Numbered from the stretch's first letter, positions 48,064-59,606 are shown. The stretch: 64,000 nucleotides of DNA from an uncultured Bacilli bacterium (GCA_934141245.1 CAKPCB010000001.1:21259-85258); one strand, 5' to 3'. The notes: a model not told the origin generated them from the sequence alone. A program made the numbers and translations.

Positions 48064-49314
48064 ATGAGAAATATTTATACTGGAATAGATTTTGCGAGTG
48101 ATGGAATTAAAATTGTTGTTAGTGAAATAATAAATAATAAATTTTATATATTAGCTTCAACTTCTACTGATTTTAAATCATCAGGTATTAGAAAAGGAAT
48201 AATTGTAGATAGACAAAAGACTGTAGAGTCATTAAATGAAGCTATAAAAAATATAGAATCTACGATTGGAATGAGGATTAAAGAAGCTGTAGTTACTATT
48301 GCATCTAATTCTCCACAATTAAGTGTTGTATCTGGTACAGTTAATGTTTTAAACGATGAAATAACAGGTGATGATATTTCTAATTCGTTATCAGAAGCAA
48401 CAGTTAATAAAGTTCCTGAAGGTATGGAATTACTAAATGTGATTCCAATAACTTTTGAAATTGATAATACTTCAAGTGTTACAAATCCTAAAGGAAGAAG
48501 AGGACAGTATTTAACGGCAAAAGCTGTTATGATTACTGTTCCAAGAGAAAATTTGTATAGTGTATTAGAAGTGTGTAACATATGTGACGTAAAAGTAAGT
48601 GATGCAACGTTTAGAACTATTGGTGATTATTATGAGGCAAGGGATAATAATACAGACAAAGAGGTTGGAGTAATTATAGACATAGGTGAGGACATAACAG
48701 AGATTTCAATATTTAATAAGGGTATAATAATTAAGAGTGATATTATAAATTTAGGAAATAGGAATATTGATAAAGATATTTCATATATATATGGATTAGA
48801 TTTATCTACATCAAAAGAAATAAAAGAAAATTTTGCAGTTTGTAGTAGAAAATATGCAGACATAAATGATATAATAAATATTGATATTAATTCTGAAGGC
48901 AAAGAACAGTTAAAAATAAATCAGTATGAAGTATCAGAAGTTGTAGAGGCTAGAGTATCAGAACTGCTAAAACTTGCAAAAAAAAGCATAAATAACTTAA
49001 CAAACCGAAAAATTAGTTATATAATTGTTACAGGTAGTGTTAGTGAATTGACTGGATTTAGCTATATAGTCGAAAATGTTTTAGGAATTAATTCATCTAC
49101 ACTTAATATTACAAATTTAGGTATTAGAAATAATAAATATTCTAGTGCTTTTGGAATTATAAAATATTATAGTGATAAACTAAAATTTAAGAATACAAAC
49201 TCAAGTATGTTTGATGAATCAAAAATAGATAGTTTAACAAATAAGAAAAACGCAGTTACTGCAAGTGAACCTAAACTTGTTAGTAAGATTTTTGATTATT
49301 TTACTGGTGATTAA
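48064..49314 (+). CDS. ftsA: Cell division protein FtsA (actin-like ATPase)
   Basis: 416 aa. N-terminal [15 protein letters not shown] (phosphate-1-like), [12 protein letters not shown] and [11 protein letters not shown] actin-fold blocks. Immediately upstream of ftsZ. Confidence 0.8.
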   Translation: MRNIYTGIDFASDGIKIVVSEIINNKFYILASTSTDFKSSGIRKGIIVDRQKTVESLNEAIKNIESTIGMRIKEAVVTIASNSPQLSVVSGTVNVLNDEITGDDISNSLSEATVNKVPEGMELLNVIPITFEIDNTSSVTNPKGRRGQYLTAKAVMITVPRENLYSVLEVCNICDVKVSDATFRTIGDYYEARDNNTDKEVGVIIDIGEDITEISIFNKGIIIKSDIINLGNRNIDKDISYIYGLDLSTSKEIKENFAVCSRKYADINDIINIDINSEGKEQLKINQYEVSEVVEARVSELLKLAKKSINNLTNRKISYIIVTGSVSELTGFSYIVENVLGINSSTLNITNLGIRNNKYSSAFGIIKYYSDKLKFKNTNSSMFDESKIDSLTNKKNAVTASEPKLVSKIFDYFTGD

Positions 49315-49325
49315 GGAGGAATATT

Positions 49326-50417
49326 ATGTTTGGCACATTAGAAATGGATCAGTTAGCAAAAATAAAAGTTATAGGTATAGGTGGTGGCGGTGGTAATGCC
49401 GTTAATAGAATGATAGAGTCTGGGGTTAAAGGTGTAGAGTTTATTGTTGCCAATACTGACTTGCAAGTTTTAAACAATTCTAAAGCTGAGAAGAAAATAC
49501 AAATTGGAGCCACTTTAACTGATGGATTAGGAGCTGGAGCTAAACCTGAAATAGGTAGAGAAGCTGCTGTAGAATCAAAAAAAGAGATAGAAGAAGCATT
49601 AACTGGTGCTGATATGGTATTTATCACTTGTGGTATGGGTGGAGGTACAGGTTCTGGTGCCGCTCCTGTTGTTGCTGAAATTGCACAAGCTTTAGGTGCA
49701 TTAACTGTTGCTATTGTTACTAAACCATTTACATTTGAAGGAAAAAAGAGAATGGAAAATGCTTTAGTAGGACTTGAAGAATTAAAAAAACATGTTGATA
49801 CACTAATCGTTATTCCAAATGATAGATTAAGAGAAATAATTGATAAATCCACTCCAATGCTAGAGGCATTTAAGGAAGTAGATAATGTATTGAGACGTGG
49901 TGTTCAATCAATATCTGATTTAATTGCTGTTGTTGGTTTAGTTAACTTGGATTTTGCTGACGTAAAAGCAGTAATGGAAAAATCTGGTAATGCTATAATA
50001 GGTATAGGTATAGGCATGGGAGAAGATAGAGCAATAGAAGCTGCAAAGCAAGCTGTTTCAAGTCCACTTCTTGAAACTAGTATTTCTGGTGCAACAGATG
50101 CAATAATCAATATTACCGGTGGATTAAATTTAACTTTGTTTGAAGCAGAACAAGCTGCAGAGGTTGTAAGAGCTGCTGCAAATACTGATATTAACACTAT
50201 ATTTGGATCTGTAATTAATGAAAACTTAACAGATGAAGTAATCGTTACAGTAATTGCAACTGGATTTGATAAAGCTAAGAAAGAACCATTATATAATAAT
50301 GCTCAACAAATCCCTACAAGAAGAACAAGAGAACAAGAAATAATTGGTGAAGATGATGATGATTCAAGTGATGATGGCGAATATGAATATCCACCATTTA
50401 TGAGAAGAAATTTCTAA
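49326..50417 (+). CDS. ftsZ: Cell division GTPase FtsZ
   Basis: Tubulin signature [12 protein letters not shown]-terminal [17 protein letters not shown], and T7 loop region NLDFADV. Acidic C-terminal tail. Confidence 0.9.
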   Translation: MFGTLEMDQLAKIKVIGIGGGGGNAVNRMIESGVKGVEFIVANTDLQVLNNSKAEKKIQIGATLTDGLGAGAKPEIGREAAVESKKEIEEALTGADMVFITCGMGGGTGSGAAPVVAEIAQALGALTVAIVTKPFTFEGKKRMENALVGLEELKKHVDTLIVIPNDRLREIIDKSTPMLEAFKEVDNVLRRGVQSISDLIAVVGLVNLDFADVKAVMEKSGNAIIGIGIGMGEDRAIEAAKQAVSSPLLETSISGATDAIINITGGLNLTLFEAEQAAEVVRAAANTDINTIFGSVINENLTDEVIVTVIATGFDKAKKEPLYNNAQQIPTRRTREQEIIGEDDDDSSDDGEYEYPPFMRRNF

Positions 50418-50482
50418 AAGTCCTAGTGACTTTTTTTTCTTTATAAGGTATAATTATTTTATCAGTATAGAGTAGCATAGAG

Positions 50483-52744
50483 GTGATTTCATTGGCAAAA
50501 AAGAAAAAAAGAAAAGAAGATAAAAAAAAGAAATTTGCATATGCAACTGAACTTTATGGAGTAGGTTTTATATTATTAGCAATTTTAGGTATTGGAATAG
50601 GATCACCACTTGGAATGGTTGGAAAGTTAGTAAAAGCATTTTCTGTATTCCTTTTTGGAACTTGGAATATAGTTTTTATGATAGCATTATTTGTTTTAGG
50701 CTCTTATATGATTATAAAAAGAGAAAAGCCATCATTACTAACTTCACATTTGGTAGGAATTTACATAATTTTAATTGGTATATTAGTTTATTCACATTTA
50801 AATTATGTTTTGTTAAATGGTGGTGATGTAGTTTACACCTTAAAAGCAACTACAAATGATTTAATTAATAATTTTAATTCGATTATGTCATCAGGAAAGT
50901 TTAATCCTAGTGGTGGTGGAATACTAGGATGCTTATTTTCAATGTTGTTTAATAAACTTTTTGATAATTCAGGTACTAAAATTGTTTCGATTGTATTAAT
51001 TGTTACAGGAGTATGTTTATTTACTGGTGTTTCTATTTTTGACTTAATAAGAAAAAGTTATCAGAAGGGTAAAAGCATGTTACCTAAGCACAATAAGGAT
51101 AGTTCGTATAAAGAAACTGCTTCAGTTAAGCAAGTCATAATAAACAATGGTGATGATGATGAAGAACCACATGATAAAAAGGTTGTAATTTCTAGTATTG
51201 ATGAATTAACGCACAATATTGAAAAATCTAATAATGAAGTTGTAAACAAAACAGATGTTAGTATAAATACTACAAATAAGAATTATAAACTACCACCAAT
51301 TTCATTATTGAATCCACCTGTAAAATCAAAAGGAAACAAAAATCAAGCTGTTATTGAAAAAAATATAATGATACTTGAAAAGGTCTTAAAAGATTTTGGT
51401 ATTATTGGAAAAGTAGTTGAAGTTAATAGTGGCCCAAGCGTAACACAATATGAGCTAGAAGTTCAAAGTGGTACTAAATTAAGTAAAATTCTTAGTATAA
51501 ATAGGGAAATATCTTTAGCACTTGCTAAAAGGGACGTACGTATACAGGCACCTATTCCCGGAAAAAGTACTGTAGGTATTGAAATGGCTAATGAGGAAAC
51601 AAAACCTGTTTCATTAAGAGAAATATTGGATGCAGTACCACAAAACAAAGCAAATTCAAAATTATTAGTGGCTTTAGGTAAAAACATTATGGGAAAAAGT
51701 GTTTTTGCAGAAATAGATAAGACACCGCACCTTTTAGTTGCTGGTGCAACTGGTTCAGGTAAATCGGTTTGTATTAACTGTATTATCGCATCTATACTTA
51801 TGAGGACAAAACCTGATGAAGTAAAACTAATGATGGTGGATCCAAAAAAAGTAGAACTTAGTATGTACAATGGTATTCCTCATTTAATGATGCCAGTTGT
51901 AACCGATCCAAAAAAAGCAAGCATCGCACTTCAAAAAGTCGTTGCCGAAATGGAATCACGTTATGATTTATTTAGTGAAAAAAACGTAAAAAACATATCT
52001 ACATATAATGAATGGGTGGAAAAAGAAAATGCTCATTTACCAGATGACGCAAAAATTAAAAAGATGCATTATATTGTCGTAATTGTAGATGAACTTGCAG
52101 ATTTAATGCTTGTTGCATCAAAAGAAGTAGAAGATTCTATTATGAGAATTACTCAAATGGCTCGTGCCGCAGGAATTCATTTAATTATTGCAACTCAAAG
52201 ACCTTCAACAGATGTAATTACAGGTGTTGTAAAAGCAAATATTCCATCTCGTATATCATTTGCTGTTTCATCTAATATTGATTCTCGTACTATACTAGAC
52301 CAAAGTGGTGCAGAAAAATTGCTTGGTAGAGGAGATATGCTTTTCTTACCAATGGGTGAAAATGCACCAGAACGTGTACAGGGAGCATATGTTTCTGATG
52401 AAGAATTACAAAAAATAGTAGATTACACTGTGTCACAACAAAAAGCAATGTATGATGAAAGATTTATGAATTTAACGACAGCTGCTGAATCTCAAGGAAA
52501 TGCAGGAGGAGAAGTTAAAACAGTCGAAGAGGAATATGATGATCCATTATATAACGATATAGTTGAATTCGTAATTACACAAGGAAAGGCAAGTGCATCA
52601 CTTCTTCAAAGAAGGTTTAAACTTGGATATAATAGGGCGGCTAGAATAGTTGACTTATTAGAAGAAAGAGGTATAATTGGACCACAAAATGGCTCTAAGC
52701 CAAGGGAAGTACTAGTTAAATTAGAAGAAAGCGAAGAAGAATAA
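50483..52744 (+). CDS. ftsK: DNA translocase FtsK/SpoIIIE
   Basis: GTG start. 4-5 N-terminal TM helices. Motor domain with Walker A VAGATGSGKSV and Walker B IVVIVDELADLM. C-terminal gamma (winged-helix) domain LYNDIVEFVITQGKASASLLQRRFKLGYNRAARIVDLLEERGIIG. Confidence 0.9.
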   Translation: MISLAKKKKRKEDKKKKFAYATELYGVGFILLAILGIGIGSPLGMVGKLVKAFSVFLFGTWNIVFMIALFVLGSYMIIKREKPSLLTSHLVGIYIILIGILVYSHLNYVLLNGGDVVYTLKATTNDLINNFNSIMSSGKFNPSGGGILGCLFSMLFNKLFDNSGTKIVSIVLIVTGVCLFTGVSIFDLIRKSYQKGKSMLPKHNKDSSYKETASVKQVIINNGDDDEEPHDKKVVISSIDELTHNIEKSNNEVVNKTDVSINTTNKNYKLPPISLLNPPVKSKGNKNQAVIEKNIMILEKVLKDFGIIGKVVEVNSGPSVTQYELEVQSGTKLSKILSINREISLALAKRDVRIQAPIPGKSTVGIEMANEETKPVSLREILDAVPQNKANSKLLVALGKNIMGKSVFAEIDKTPHLLVAGATGSGKSVCINCIIASILMRTKPDEVKLMMVDPKKVELSMYNGIPHLMMPVVTDPKKASIALQKVVAEMESRYDLFSEKNVKNISTYNEWVEKENAHLPDDAKIKKMHYIVVIVDELADLMLVASKEVEDSIMRITQMARAAGIHLIIATQRPSTDVITGVVKANIPSRISFAVSSNIDSRTILDQSGAEKLLGRGDMLFLPMGENAPERVQGAYVSDEELQKIVDYTVSQQKAMYDERFMNLTTAAESQGNAGGEVKTVEEEYDDPLYNDIVEFVITQGKASASLLQRRFKLGYNRAARIVDLLEERGIIGPQNGSKPREVLVKLEESEEE

Positions 52745-52764
52745 GAAGTTTAGGAGAATAATTT

Positions 52765-53271
52765 ATGAACAATAATAGGAAAAAACTTAACGTTATAATT
52801 ATTGTATTATCAGTTATGATATTATTTATGGGAGTTGGCTATTCTATTCTTGCTACAAGATTGAGTATAAAAGGTGTCGCAAAGACAACCGGTAAATGGC
52901 AAATTGAGATAGTGGGAATAGAACCCATTGAAAATAATACTAGTGCAGTATCAAGAGATGCAAAAATCATAAATCCAACAACTGTTGAATTTATTTCTGA
53001 TTTATATGCACCAGGTGATTATATACAATATAAAATTACTATTGCTAATAGTGGAAATATAGATGCAAAACTTTCATCTATTCAAGAAGTTATATCAAAT
53101 AAATATGAATATGTTAAATTTAGCACTAATGCAGAAGAAAACTTTGTTTTAGAGTCTAATGCTAAGCAAGAGTTAATAGTTACAATAGAATTTGAAAAAG
53201 ATGCACAAGAAGTTCCACAAGAGGTAATTACTTCAAATTATATTTTAAATTTAACCTATGTACAAAAATAG
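52765..53271 (+). CDS. Small secreted/anchored protein with weak resemblance to TasA/camelysin (peptidase M73) family
   Basis: N-terminal K-rich hydrophobic signal MNNNRKKLNVIIIVLSVMILFMGVGYSILA. LYAPGDYIQYKITIANSGNIDAKL resembles the LKPGDSVKKEFLLQNSGSL block of CalY/TasA. It is shorter than typical family members, so the assignment is tentative. Confidence 0.45.
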   Translation: MNNNRKKLNVIIIVLSVMILFMGVGYSILATRLSIKGVAKTTGKWQIEIVGIEPIENNTSAVSRDAKIINPTTVEFISDLYAPGDYIQYKITIANSGNIDAKLSSIQEVISNKYEYVKFSTNAEENFVLESNAKQELIVTIEFEKDAQEVPQEVITSNYILNLTYVQK

Positions 53272-53317
53272 CTATAGAACTTATCTCTATAGCTATTTTT
53301 TTAAATAAATTTTAATC

Positions 53318-53872
53318 TTATTCAAATGTTGTAGTTATTTCATCTGACATTAATCCGTTATCATTCAACCATTTAGCAAAGTAATTCATAATTTTATATT
53401 TTGTTAAATTACTCATGTTAGAGTCATCTTTGTATGAGATGCAACTTAATTTATTATTATTGTCATAGAATGTAATTTTTCCATTATTATCAATTTTATA
53501 TCGAATAGTTACTAATTTGTTTTTATAACTTAATTTTAAATTGTTTAAAGAGTTTTCTGATTCAAATTCAATATAATAGTTTTCTGGATTTTGAGTATAA
53601 GGACTTATAAGTAATAAATAACCAGAAACACATATTCCACTCAAGCATACAAATATAAGCTCAATATTGAAATTCAATATTGAAGGGATGAGCCCTATTA
53701 GTGATGCAATAAAAATTATAATCATTATAACAATACCAATAATCCCTTTTTTATCAAATTTAAGCTTAATTTTCCCATTCACTAGTTTAATACCTAATGC
53801 TATTCCAACAATGTTTACCATTTTATTATAGTTAGTATAACATAAAAGTTTTGTTATCGCATTAAAATGCAA
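53318..53872 (-). CDS. Hypothetical membrane protein
   Basis: 184 aa with two adjacent TM helices in the first half and a hydrophilic C-terminal domain. Confidence 0.5.
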   Translation of the reverse strand: MHFNAITKLLCYTNYNKMVNIVGIALGIKLVNGKIKLKFDKKGIIGIVIMIIIFIASLIGLIPSILNFNIELIFVCLSGICVSGYLLLISPYTQNPENYYIEFESENSLNNLKLSYKNKLVTIRYKIDNNGKITFYDNNNKLSCISYKDDSNMSNLTKYKIMNYFAKWLNDNGLMSDEITTTFE

Positions 53873-53928
53873 AAAATGACAAGATGTACAAGTAATTTTT
53901 GCTTGTATTTATTGTCATTTTATTTATC

Positions 53929-55104
53929 TCAATCAAGTTTTAGCTTTTTAACTTTAGTATTATTATACCTATTATAAGACTCTCTTACATATTCTTCCAT
54001 AATTGTAATTTTAGATTCTATGTCTTCAACTAGTTTTAATTGATTTCTAGCTCTATCTAAATTATGATTATCATAACTAGTTTTAAAGTATGTATCTTTA
54101 TTTAGATAATCATCTAAAAATCTAATAGCAAGTTCAAGTGTTATTACTCTTACAGAATTTGCCATATTATTGACTTCTAACTCATTTAAATAAGGGGCCA
54201 TTTCACTTAGGTAACCATCGGTATATGCTTTGAAAAGTTCCATATTAATAGACACTTTAGATAAATCAGTTTCATCTTCACTTGCAGTTGATGTAGCACT
54301 TCTTATACCATCGCCATAATCATATAAACCTGAGCCTTTCATTACGGTATCTAAGTCTATAACCGCTATTGGTTTTCCTGTTTTAGGATCCATTAATACA
54401 TTATTAACTTTTGTATCGTTATGAGTTACTCTGTATGGAATCATATTTGTATCTAATAAATCTGTTATAGAACAACATACATCTTTCCTTTTTATTATTT
54501 TGTCTATTTCAGCTTTTGCAAATTTATTCCTCAACACAGGATCTAATTTACAGGTTTCTATAAAGTTTTCATATCTTTTTTTAGTGTTGTGAAAGTTTTC
54601 TATAGTATCTTCAAGCATATCTATTGGATAATCTCTTAATACTTTTCCAAAATGTCCAAAGGCTTTTCCTGTATTAAATACAACTGAACTATCCAATGAA
54701 ACATTATATGAAACAGTATCATCTATATAATTATAAATTCTATAGTATTCTTTATGAGAAAATAAGTCTTCATCAACATAAAGGGATGAACCATCTTTTG
54801 TCTTTATAACACTTATAACTTCCTTAGATTCAGTATCATTATCCTTTATATACTTTGTCACATTTTCAATATTTTTCATCAGTTTAAAAGGTTCTTTAAA
54901 TGCTCTAGTATTTATTTTTTGAAGTAAATATTTGATTATTTCTCCATCATTATTTACACTTATAACATATGTATTATTTATTATTCCACTACTTATAACA
55001 TCGATACTAAATATATCTCCCTTTATATCAAAATTATCTATTATTTTAATTAATCTAGTATAATCATTTAGCATATCTATAACCCTCCATAAATATATTA
55101 TCAT
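53929..55104 (-). CDS. Phosphotransferase (APH/ChoK/CotS-like kinase fold) family protein
   Basis: Catalytic loop VTHNDTKVNNVLMD (HxDxxxxN) and metal-binding IAVIDLDTV (DxD). The family includes spore coat CotS-type kinases. Confidence 0.7.
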   Translation of the reverse strand: MIIYLWRVIDMLNDYTRLIKIIDNFDIKGDIFSIDVISSGIINNTYVISVNNDGEIIKYLLQKINTRAFKEPFKLMKNIENVTKYIKDNDTESKEVISVIKTKDGSSLYVDEDLFSHKEYYRIYNYIDDTVSYNVSLDSSVVFNTGKAFGHFGKVLRDYPIDMLEDTIENFHNTKKRYENFIETCKLDPVLRNKFAKAEIDKIIKRKDVCCSITDLLDTNMIPYRVTHNDTKVNNVLMDPKTGKPIAVIDLDTVMKGSGLYDYGDGIRSATSTASEDETDLSKVSINMELFKAYTDGYLSEMAPYLNELEVNNMANSVRVITLELAIRFLDDYLNKDTYFKTSYDNHNLDRARNQLKLVEDIESKITIMEEYVRESYNRYNNTKVKKLKLD

Positions 55105-55185
55105 TAATTAATTTTTTAAGCAATTTATGTTAGAGTAACACTAAACATAGGTGTAATTATATAATATAAAAGCAAAAGATAAATT

Positions 55186-56232
55186 CTAAATTTTTTGCCA
55201 TTTTAGTTTTTTCATTATTCTCTTTATATTTTTAAACTCATCGCTTATAAAAGTCATTTCATTATTTAACAATTCTTTCTCAATATTATTACCAGTTAAA
55301 GATGAAATTTTCTTTAAATAAAAGAGTGCTTTTTCTGGATCTTTTTCATAAATTGAAAACAAATCTAATCCTACTAAATATGAAAATGCATCTGACACTA
55401 ATTCGCCTTTTTCGTTATCATCAATATAATTTGACATTATAGTTTTAGCAGTAACAACAAAATTATTAAAGTCACAATATATAGTTTGACTAAATAAATC
55501 CTCTTTAAATATTTTTTTACTTAGATAATCGGTTATAAAGTTTGCAAAATATCCCTCTGATTCACAATATATGTTTGAAGGGCTTTTATTAAAATTACTA
55601 TTTTCATATTTTCTTATGTATGAATGAAAGAATTCATGAATAATGCATAGTATGTCAATCACACTGTTATTTCTAAATATTGCTATGTATGGAATATTAT
55701 TATTAAAATCAACTGTACAAATTCCATGAATTGGGTTTATGTTATATTTGTTGAATACTATATTTGTTTGATTACTTGAATAAAAAAGCTTTTTAAACTC
55801 ATTCAAAATCTCTTTGCTTGGTATTTGAGCAATTATTTCCTCAGCAATACTTATAATATCATCATTACTTAATTTAATAGCTAATTTATAATAATTAGTA
55901 TCTATAACATCAATGTTATTAATTTTGCCTAATTTGTTTTTTAATAATACTAGTGCATCAGAATTTAGATTAGGAAATTTATATTCATAGGATTCATCAT
56001 CATAATCCGTGTAGCAACTAACAGTTCTATTAATGTCATATGCCGAAAATAAAGTTTCATAAAATGCTTTAGTACTGCTTAATAAATCTTGATTATTTAA
56101 AATGTTTGGATTTTTAAGATCCATATTCATTTGATTACGAATAGCTTTTATATTCCATCTATATTTATTCATAAATCCCCCTAAATATTTGAGATTATTG
56201 ATTATTATATTTGTGTTGTAATTATATGTCAA
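55186..56232 (-). CDS. Hypothetical protein with HExxH zinc-metallopeptidase motif
   Basis: ILCIIHEFFHSYI contains HEFFH, with a Glu further downstream. No signal peptide. Confidence 0.5.
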   Translation of the reverse strand: MTYNYNTNIIINNLKYLGGFMNKYRWNIKAIRNQMNMDLKNPNILNNQDLLSSTKAFYETLFSAYDINRTVSCYTDYDDESYEYKFPNLNSDALVLLKNKLGKINNIDVIDTNYYKLAIKLSNDDIISIAEEIIAQIPSKEILNEFKKLFYSSNQTNIVFNKYNINPIHGICTVDFNNNIPYIAIFRNNSVIDILCIIHEFFHSYIRKYENSNFNKSPSNIYCESEGYFANFITDYLSKKIFKEDLFSQTIYCDFNNFVVTAKTIMSNYIDDNEKGELVSDAFSYLVGLDLFSIYEKDPEKALFYLKKISSLTGNNIEKELLNNEMTFISDEFKNIKRIMKKLKWQKI

Positions 56233-56301
56233 GTTAGATTTAATTCATTGTATCAATAACTACTAATATGTTAAAATATTTATATAGAAAGAAGTGATAA
56301 T

Positions 56302-57012
56302 ATGGCAACACCACATATAGAAGCAAGTAAAGGAGAAATTGCAAAAACAGTTATAATGTCTGGAGATCCATTAAGAGCAAAATTTATTGCAGAAAATTAT
56401 TTAAAAGATTATAAATTAGTAAATAAAGTAAGAAATATGTTTATGTACACTGGTTACTATAATGGAAAAGAAGTAACAATTGCATCACATGGAATGGGAA
56501 TGCCAAGTGCAGGTATTTATTTTTATGAATTATTTAATTTTTATGATGTAGATACCATAATTAGAATTGGTACATGTGGAACATCAAATAAAGATATTGA
56601 CTTATTACAAACAATATTAATTGATAGTTCATATACTGAATCTAATTATGCATATATGTTCAATAAAGAAAAAATAAGCTTTGAAAAAGCTGATGAAGAA
56701 CTTACAAATGAACTTGACAAAATTGCACATACTAAAAATAAAAATATTTTAAGAGGAACAATAATGACATGTGATGTTTTTGATCCTTATGTAGATTGGA
56801 AAGCGATTAATGAAAGAATTCCAAAAGATATAAATGTTTTAGGAACAGAGATGGAAGCTTTTGCATTGTTTCACATAGCTAGAGTATTAAACAAAAAAGC
56901 TGCATGTTTGGCAACTGTTGTAGATTCGAAATATAGAACTGAAGTAATAAATAGTAGTGACAGAGAAAAATCATTGACTGATATGATAGAAATATCACTT
57001 GAAGTATTATAA
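56302..57012 (+). CDS. deoD: Purine nucleoside phosphorylase DeoD-type (PNP/UDP family 1)
   Basis: MATPHIEASKGEIAKTVIMSGDPLRAKFIAENYL matches the DeoD N-terminus. GTCG and MEA blocks of the NP-I family are present. 236 aa. Confidence 0.85.
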   Translation: MATPHIEASKGEIAKTVIMSGDPLRAKFIAENYLKDYKLVNKVRNMFMYTGYYNGKEVTIASHGMGMPSAGIYFYELFNFYDVDTIIRIGTCGTSNKDIDLLQTILIDSSYTESNYAYMFNKEKISFEKADEELTNELDKIAHTKNKNILRGTIMTCDVFDPYVDWKAINERIPKDINVLGTEMEAFALFHIARVLNKKAACLATVVDSKYRTEVINSSDREKSLTDMIEISLEVL

Positions 57013-57046
57013 ATTATATTTTATAGAACATAATAATTAGAGGTGA

Positions 57047-58312
57047 ATGAATATGGAATATCGTAGTGAAGACTTTTTGTCATATAAATTACATATGATA
57101 AAAACAAATAAATTTAAAACTATTAATGTAAAGGTTGTTTTTAGTAATGAAATAAAAAAAGATGAAATTACTATAAGAAATGTATTATCAGATATTCTTA
57201 CTTATTCTAGTAAGAAATATGATACAAATAAAAAACTAATTACAAAAATGCAAGATTTATATGCGGCAAAAATATTCTCAAGTAGTTATAGGATTGGTAA
57301 ACTATATAATACCGATATAAATGCTGTTTTTCTTAATGAAAAGTACACCGAAGAAGGTATGTTCGAAGAAACCTTAGAACTTTTAAGTGAAATCATATTT
57401 AATCCAAATGTTAAAGACTTTGAGTTTGATTCTAAAAGTTTTAGTATTGTTAAAGATATAAATAAAGTACAATTACAAAGTATAAAAGAGAACTTAAGAA
57501 AATATGGCCTTATAAGAATGCTTGATGAAATGGGACGTGATGAGGATTATTCATTACATAGTTATGGATATAGTGATGATTTAGAAAAATTAGATGCAAA
57601 GTCACTATACGAATATTATTTGAAATTTTTAAAAACAAGTAATGTAGATATATATATACTAGGAAATATAGACTTTGAAAAGACAAAAAAATTGGTAAAT
57701 AAATTATTTAAGTTTAACACTATAAAAATGAAAAGAAAAAATATTATCATAGAACATAAAAAGATTAATAATAGAGTAAAAAAATATGTTGAAGAAATGA
57801 ACATATCACAATCTAAGTTAAGTATTGGTTGTAAAATAAGTAATATTAATGATTTTGATAGAAACTATGTTTTACCAATTTACAGTATTATTTTAGGAGG
57901 TGGTTCATCTTCTAAATTGTTTAACAATGTAAGAGAAAAAAATTCGCTATGTTATTATATTTCGGCATCAGGTAATAAACTTGACAATATACTATTTATC
58001 ACATCTGGTATAAATGCTAAAAACTATGATAAATGTCTTTTACTTATAAAAAAAGAGTTAAAGAATATGCAAAAAGGTAATTTTACTGAGGATGATATAG
58101 AAAAGGCTAAGACACAATATATTACAATGTTAGATGAATTATGGGAAGATCCTTTCCAAATAATATCATTTTATTACTCGATTGGTATATTAAATAAAGA
58201 TGATTACGATACAAGAAAGAAAAATATAATGTCTGTTAAATATGAAGATATAAAAAGAATAAGTAATAATATACATATGGATACAATATTTTTGTTGAAA
58301 GGAAATGAGTAA
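57047..58312 (+). CDS. M16 (pitrilysin) family peptidase homologue lacking the HxxEH motif (likely non-catalytic partner subunit)
   Basis: 421 aa with the size and gene pairing of an M16 two-gene system. No HxxEH was found. It abuts the next gene (3-nt gap). Confidence 0.6.
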   Translation: MNMEYRSEDFLSYKLHMIKTNKFKTINVKVVFSNEIKKDEITIRNVLSDILTYSSKKYDTNKKLITKMQDLYAAKIFSSSYRIGKLYNTDINAVFLNEKYTEEGMFEETLELLSEIIFNPNVKDFEFDSKSFSIVKDINKVQLQSIKENLRKYGLIRMLDEMGRDEDYSLHSYGYSDDLEKLDAKSLYEYYLKFLKTSNVDIYILGNIDFEKTKKLVNKLFKFNTIKMKRKNIIIEHKKINNRVKKYVEEMNISQSKLSIGCKISNINDFDRNYVLPIYSIILGGGSSSKLFNNVREKNSLCYYISASGNKLDNILFITSGINAKNYDKCLLLIKKELKNMQKGNFTEDDIEKAKTQYITMLDELWEDPFQIISFYYSIGILNKDDYDTRKKNIMSVKYEDIKRISNNIHMDTIFLLKGNE

Positions 58313-58314
58313 TT

Positions 58315-59586
58315 ATGGAAATTATAAATAATTATGGAACAGATCAAAAAATTTATGTTGAAACTCTAGAAAATGGTTTGAAAGTTGTTTTACTTCCTTT
58401 TGAAAACAAAAAAAATTACTATGTATCTTATACAGCAAAATATGGTTCAGTTGATTTGGATTTTATAGATTCTGATGGAAATAAAGTTTCATCTAATAAA
58501 GGAATTGCACATTTTTTGGAACACAAACTATTTGAAACAGAAAGCGGTGAAGATCCATTTGAGTTTTTCTCTAAAACTGGTACTGGATGTAATGCTGGAA
58601 CAAGTTATAAAAAAACATCATACTTTATATATGGTGTAAATTCTATAGAAGAAAATTTAAATTATTTAATAGATTTTGTGAATACTCCATATTTTACGGA
58701 TGAAAACGTAGAAAAGGAAAAGGGTATAATAATAGAAGAAATAAAAATGTATGATGATAATCCGGAGTGGATAATAACAGAGCAAATACAAAATTCAACA
58801 TTCAAAAATCATCCGATCAAATATGATATTGCAGGTTATGTAGATACAGTTGAATCAATAACTAAAGAAGATTTATATACATGCTATAACACGTTTTATC
58901 AACCAAGCAACATGTTTCTTGTTGTGTCAGGTGGATTTGATGTTGATAAAGTAATGAATGTAATAAAAAATAATACTGTGTTATCATCAAGAAACAGTAA
59001 GTTTAGTATAACTAAAAAGAAAGTAAAAGAGCCGGTTGAAATAACAGAAAAATTTAGAATAATAAAACATCCTAGCATAGAGACACCAAAGATATCTATA
59101 AATATTAAATTAAGTTTTTCTAATGAAAAAGACAAATATGAATACTATTTATATATTAATGCACTAATGTCTATTTTATTTGGTTCATCATCAGACTTTA
59201 AAGAAGAAATGATTAGTAATGGATATATAACTTATTTAAGTACGGGAAGATTAATAATAGATGATTACTTAATACTTGAATTTTATGCAGAAGGAACAAA
59301 TTATGAAAAATTCGTAAAAGGAATAGAAGAATGTATAGAAAATAAAGAAATAACAGAAGAAGAATTTGAGAGATATAAAAAAGTATTAATTGCATCTATT
59401 GTTATGACAAGTGATGATGTATCATCATCTGCAGATGAAATAATTGATGATATTATTACATGGAAAGATATAATAAATAATAAAGTAGAATTGATCAAAA
59501 AAATGGATTTTAAAAAATTTAAATCAATTAGAGAAAATACTGATTTTTCTAATATGGCAACAGTGGTATTAACAAAAGAAGACTAG
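58315..59586 (+). CDS. M16 family zinc peptidase (HxxEH)
   Basis: Inverzincin motif AHFLEHKLFE (HxxEH) near the N-terminus. 423 aa, paired with the upstream homologue. Confidence 0.75.
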   Translation: MEIINNYGTDQKIYVETLENGLKVVLLPFENKKNYYVSYTAKYGSVDLDFIDSDGNKVSSNKGIAHFLEHKLFETESGEDPFEFFSKTGTGCNAGTSYKKTSYFIYGVNSIEENLNYLIDFVNTPYFTDENVEKEKGIIIEEIKMYDDNPEWIITEQIQNSTFKNHPIKYDIAGYVDTVESITKEDLYTCYNTFYQPSNMFLVVSGGFDVDKVMNVIKNNTVLSSRNSKFSITKKKVKEPVEITEKFRIIKHPSIETPKISINIKLSFSNEKDKYEYYLYINALMSILFGSSSDFKEEMISNGYITYLSTGRLIIDDYLILEFYAEGTNYEKFVKGIEECIENKEITEEEFERYKKVLIASIVMTSDDVSSSADEIIDDIITWKDIINNKVELIKKMDFKKFKSIRENTDFSNMATVVLTKED

Positions 59587-59606
59587 TAATTGTAAGGAAT
59601 TTAATA

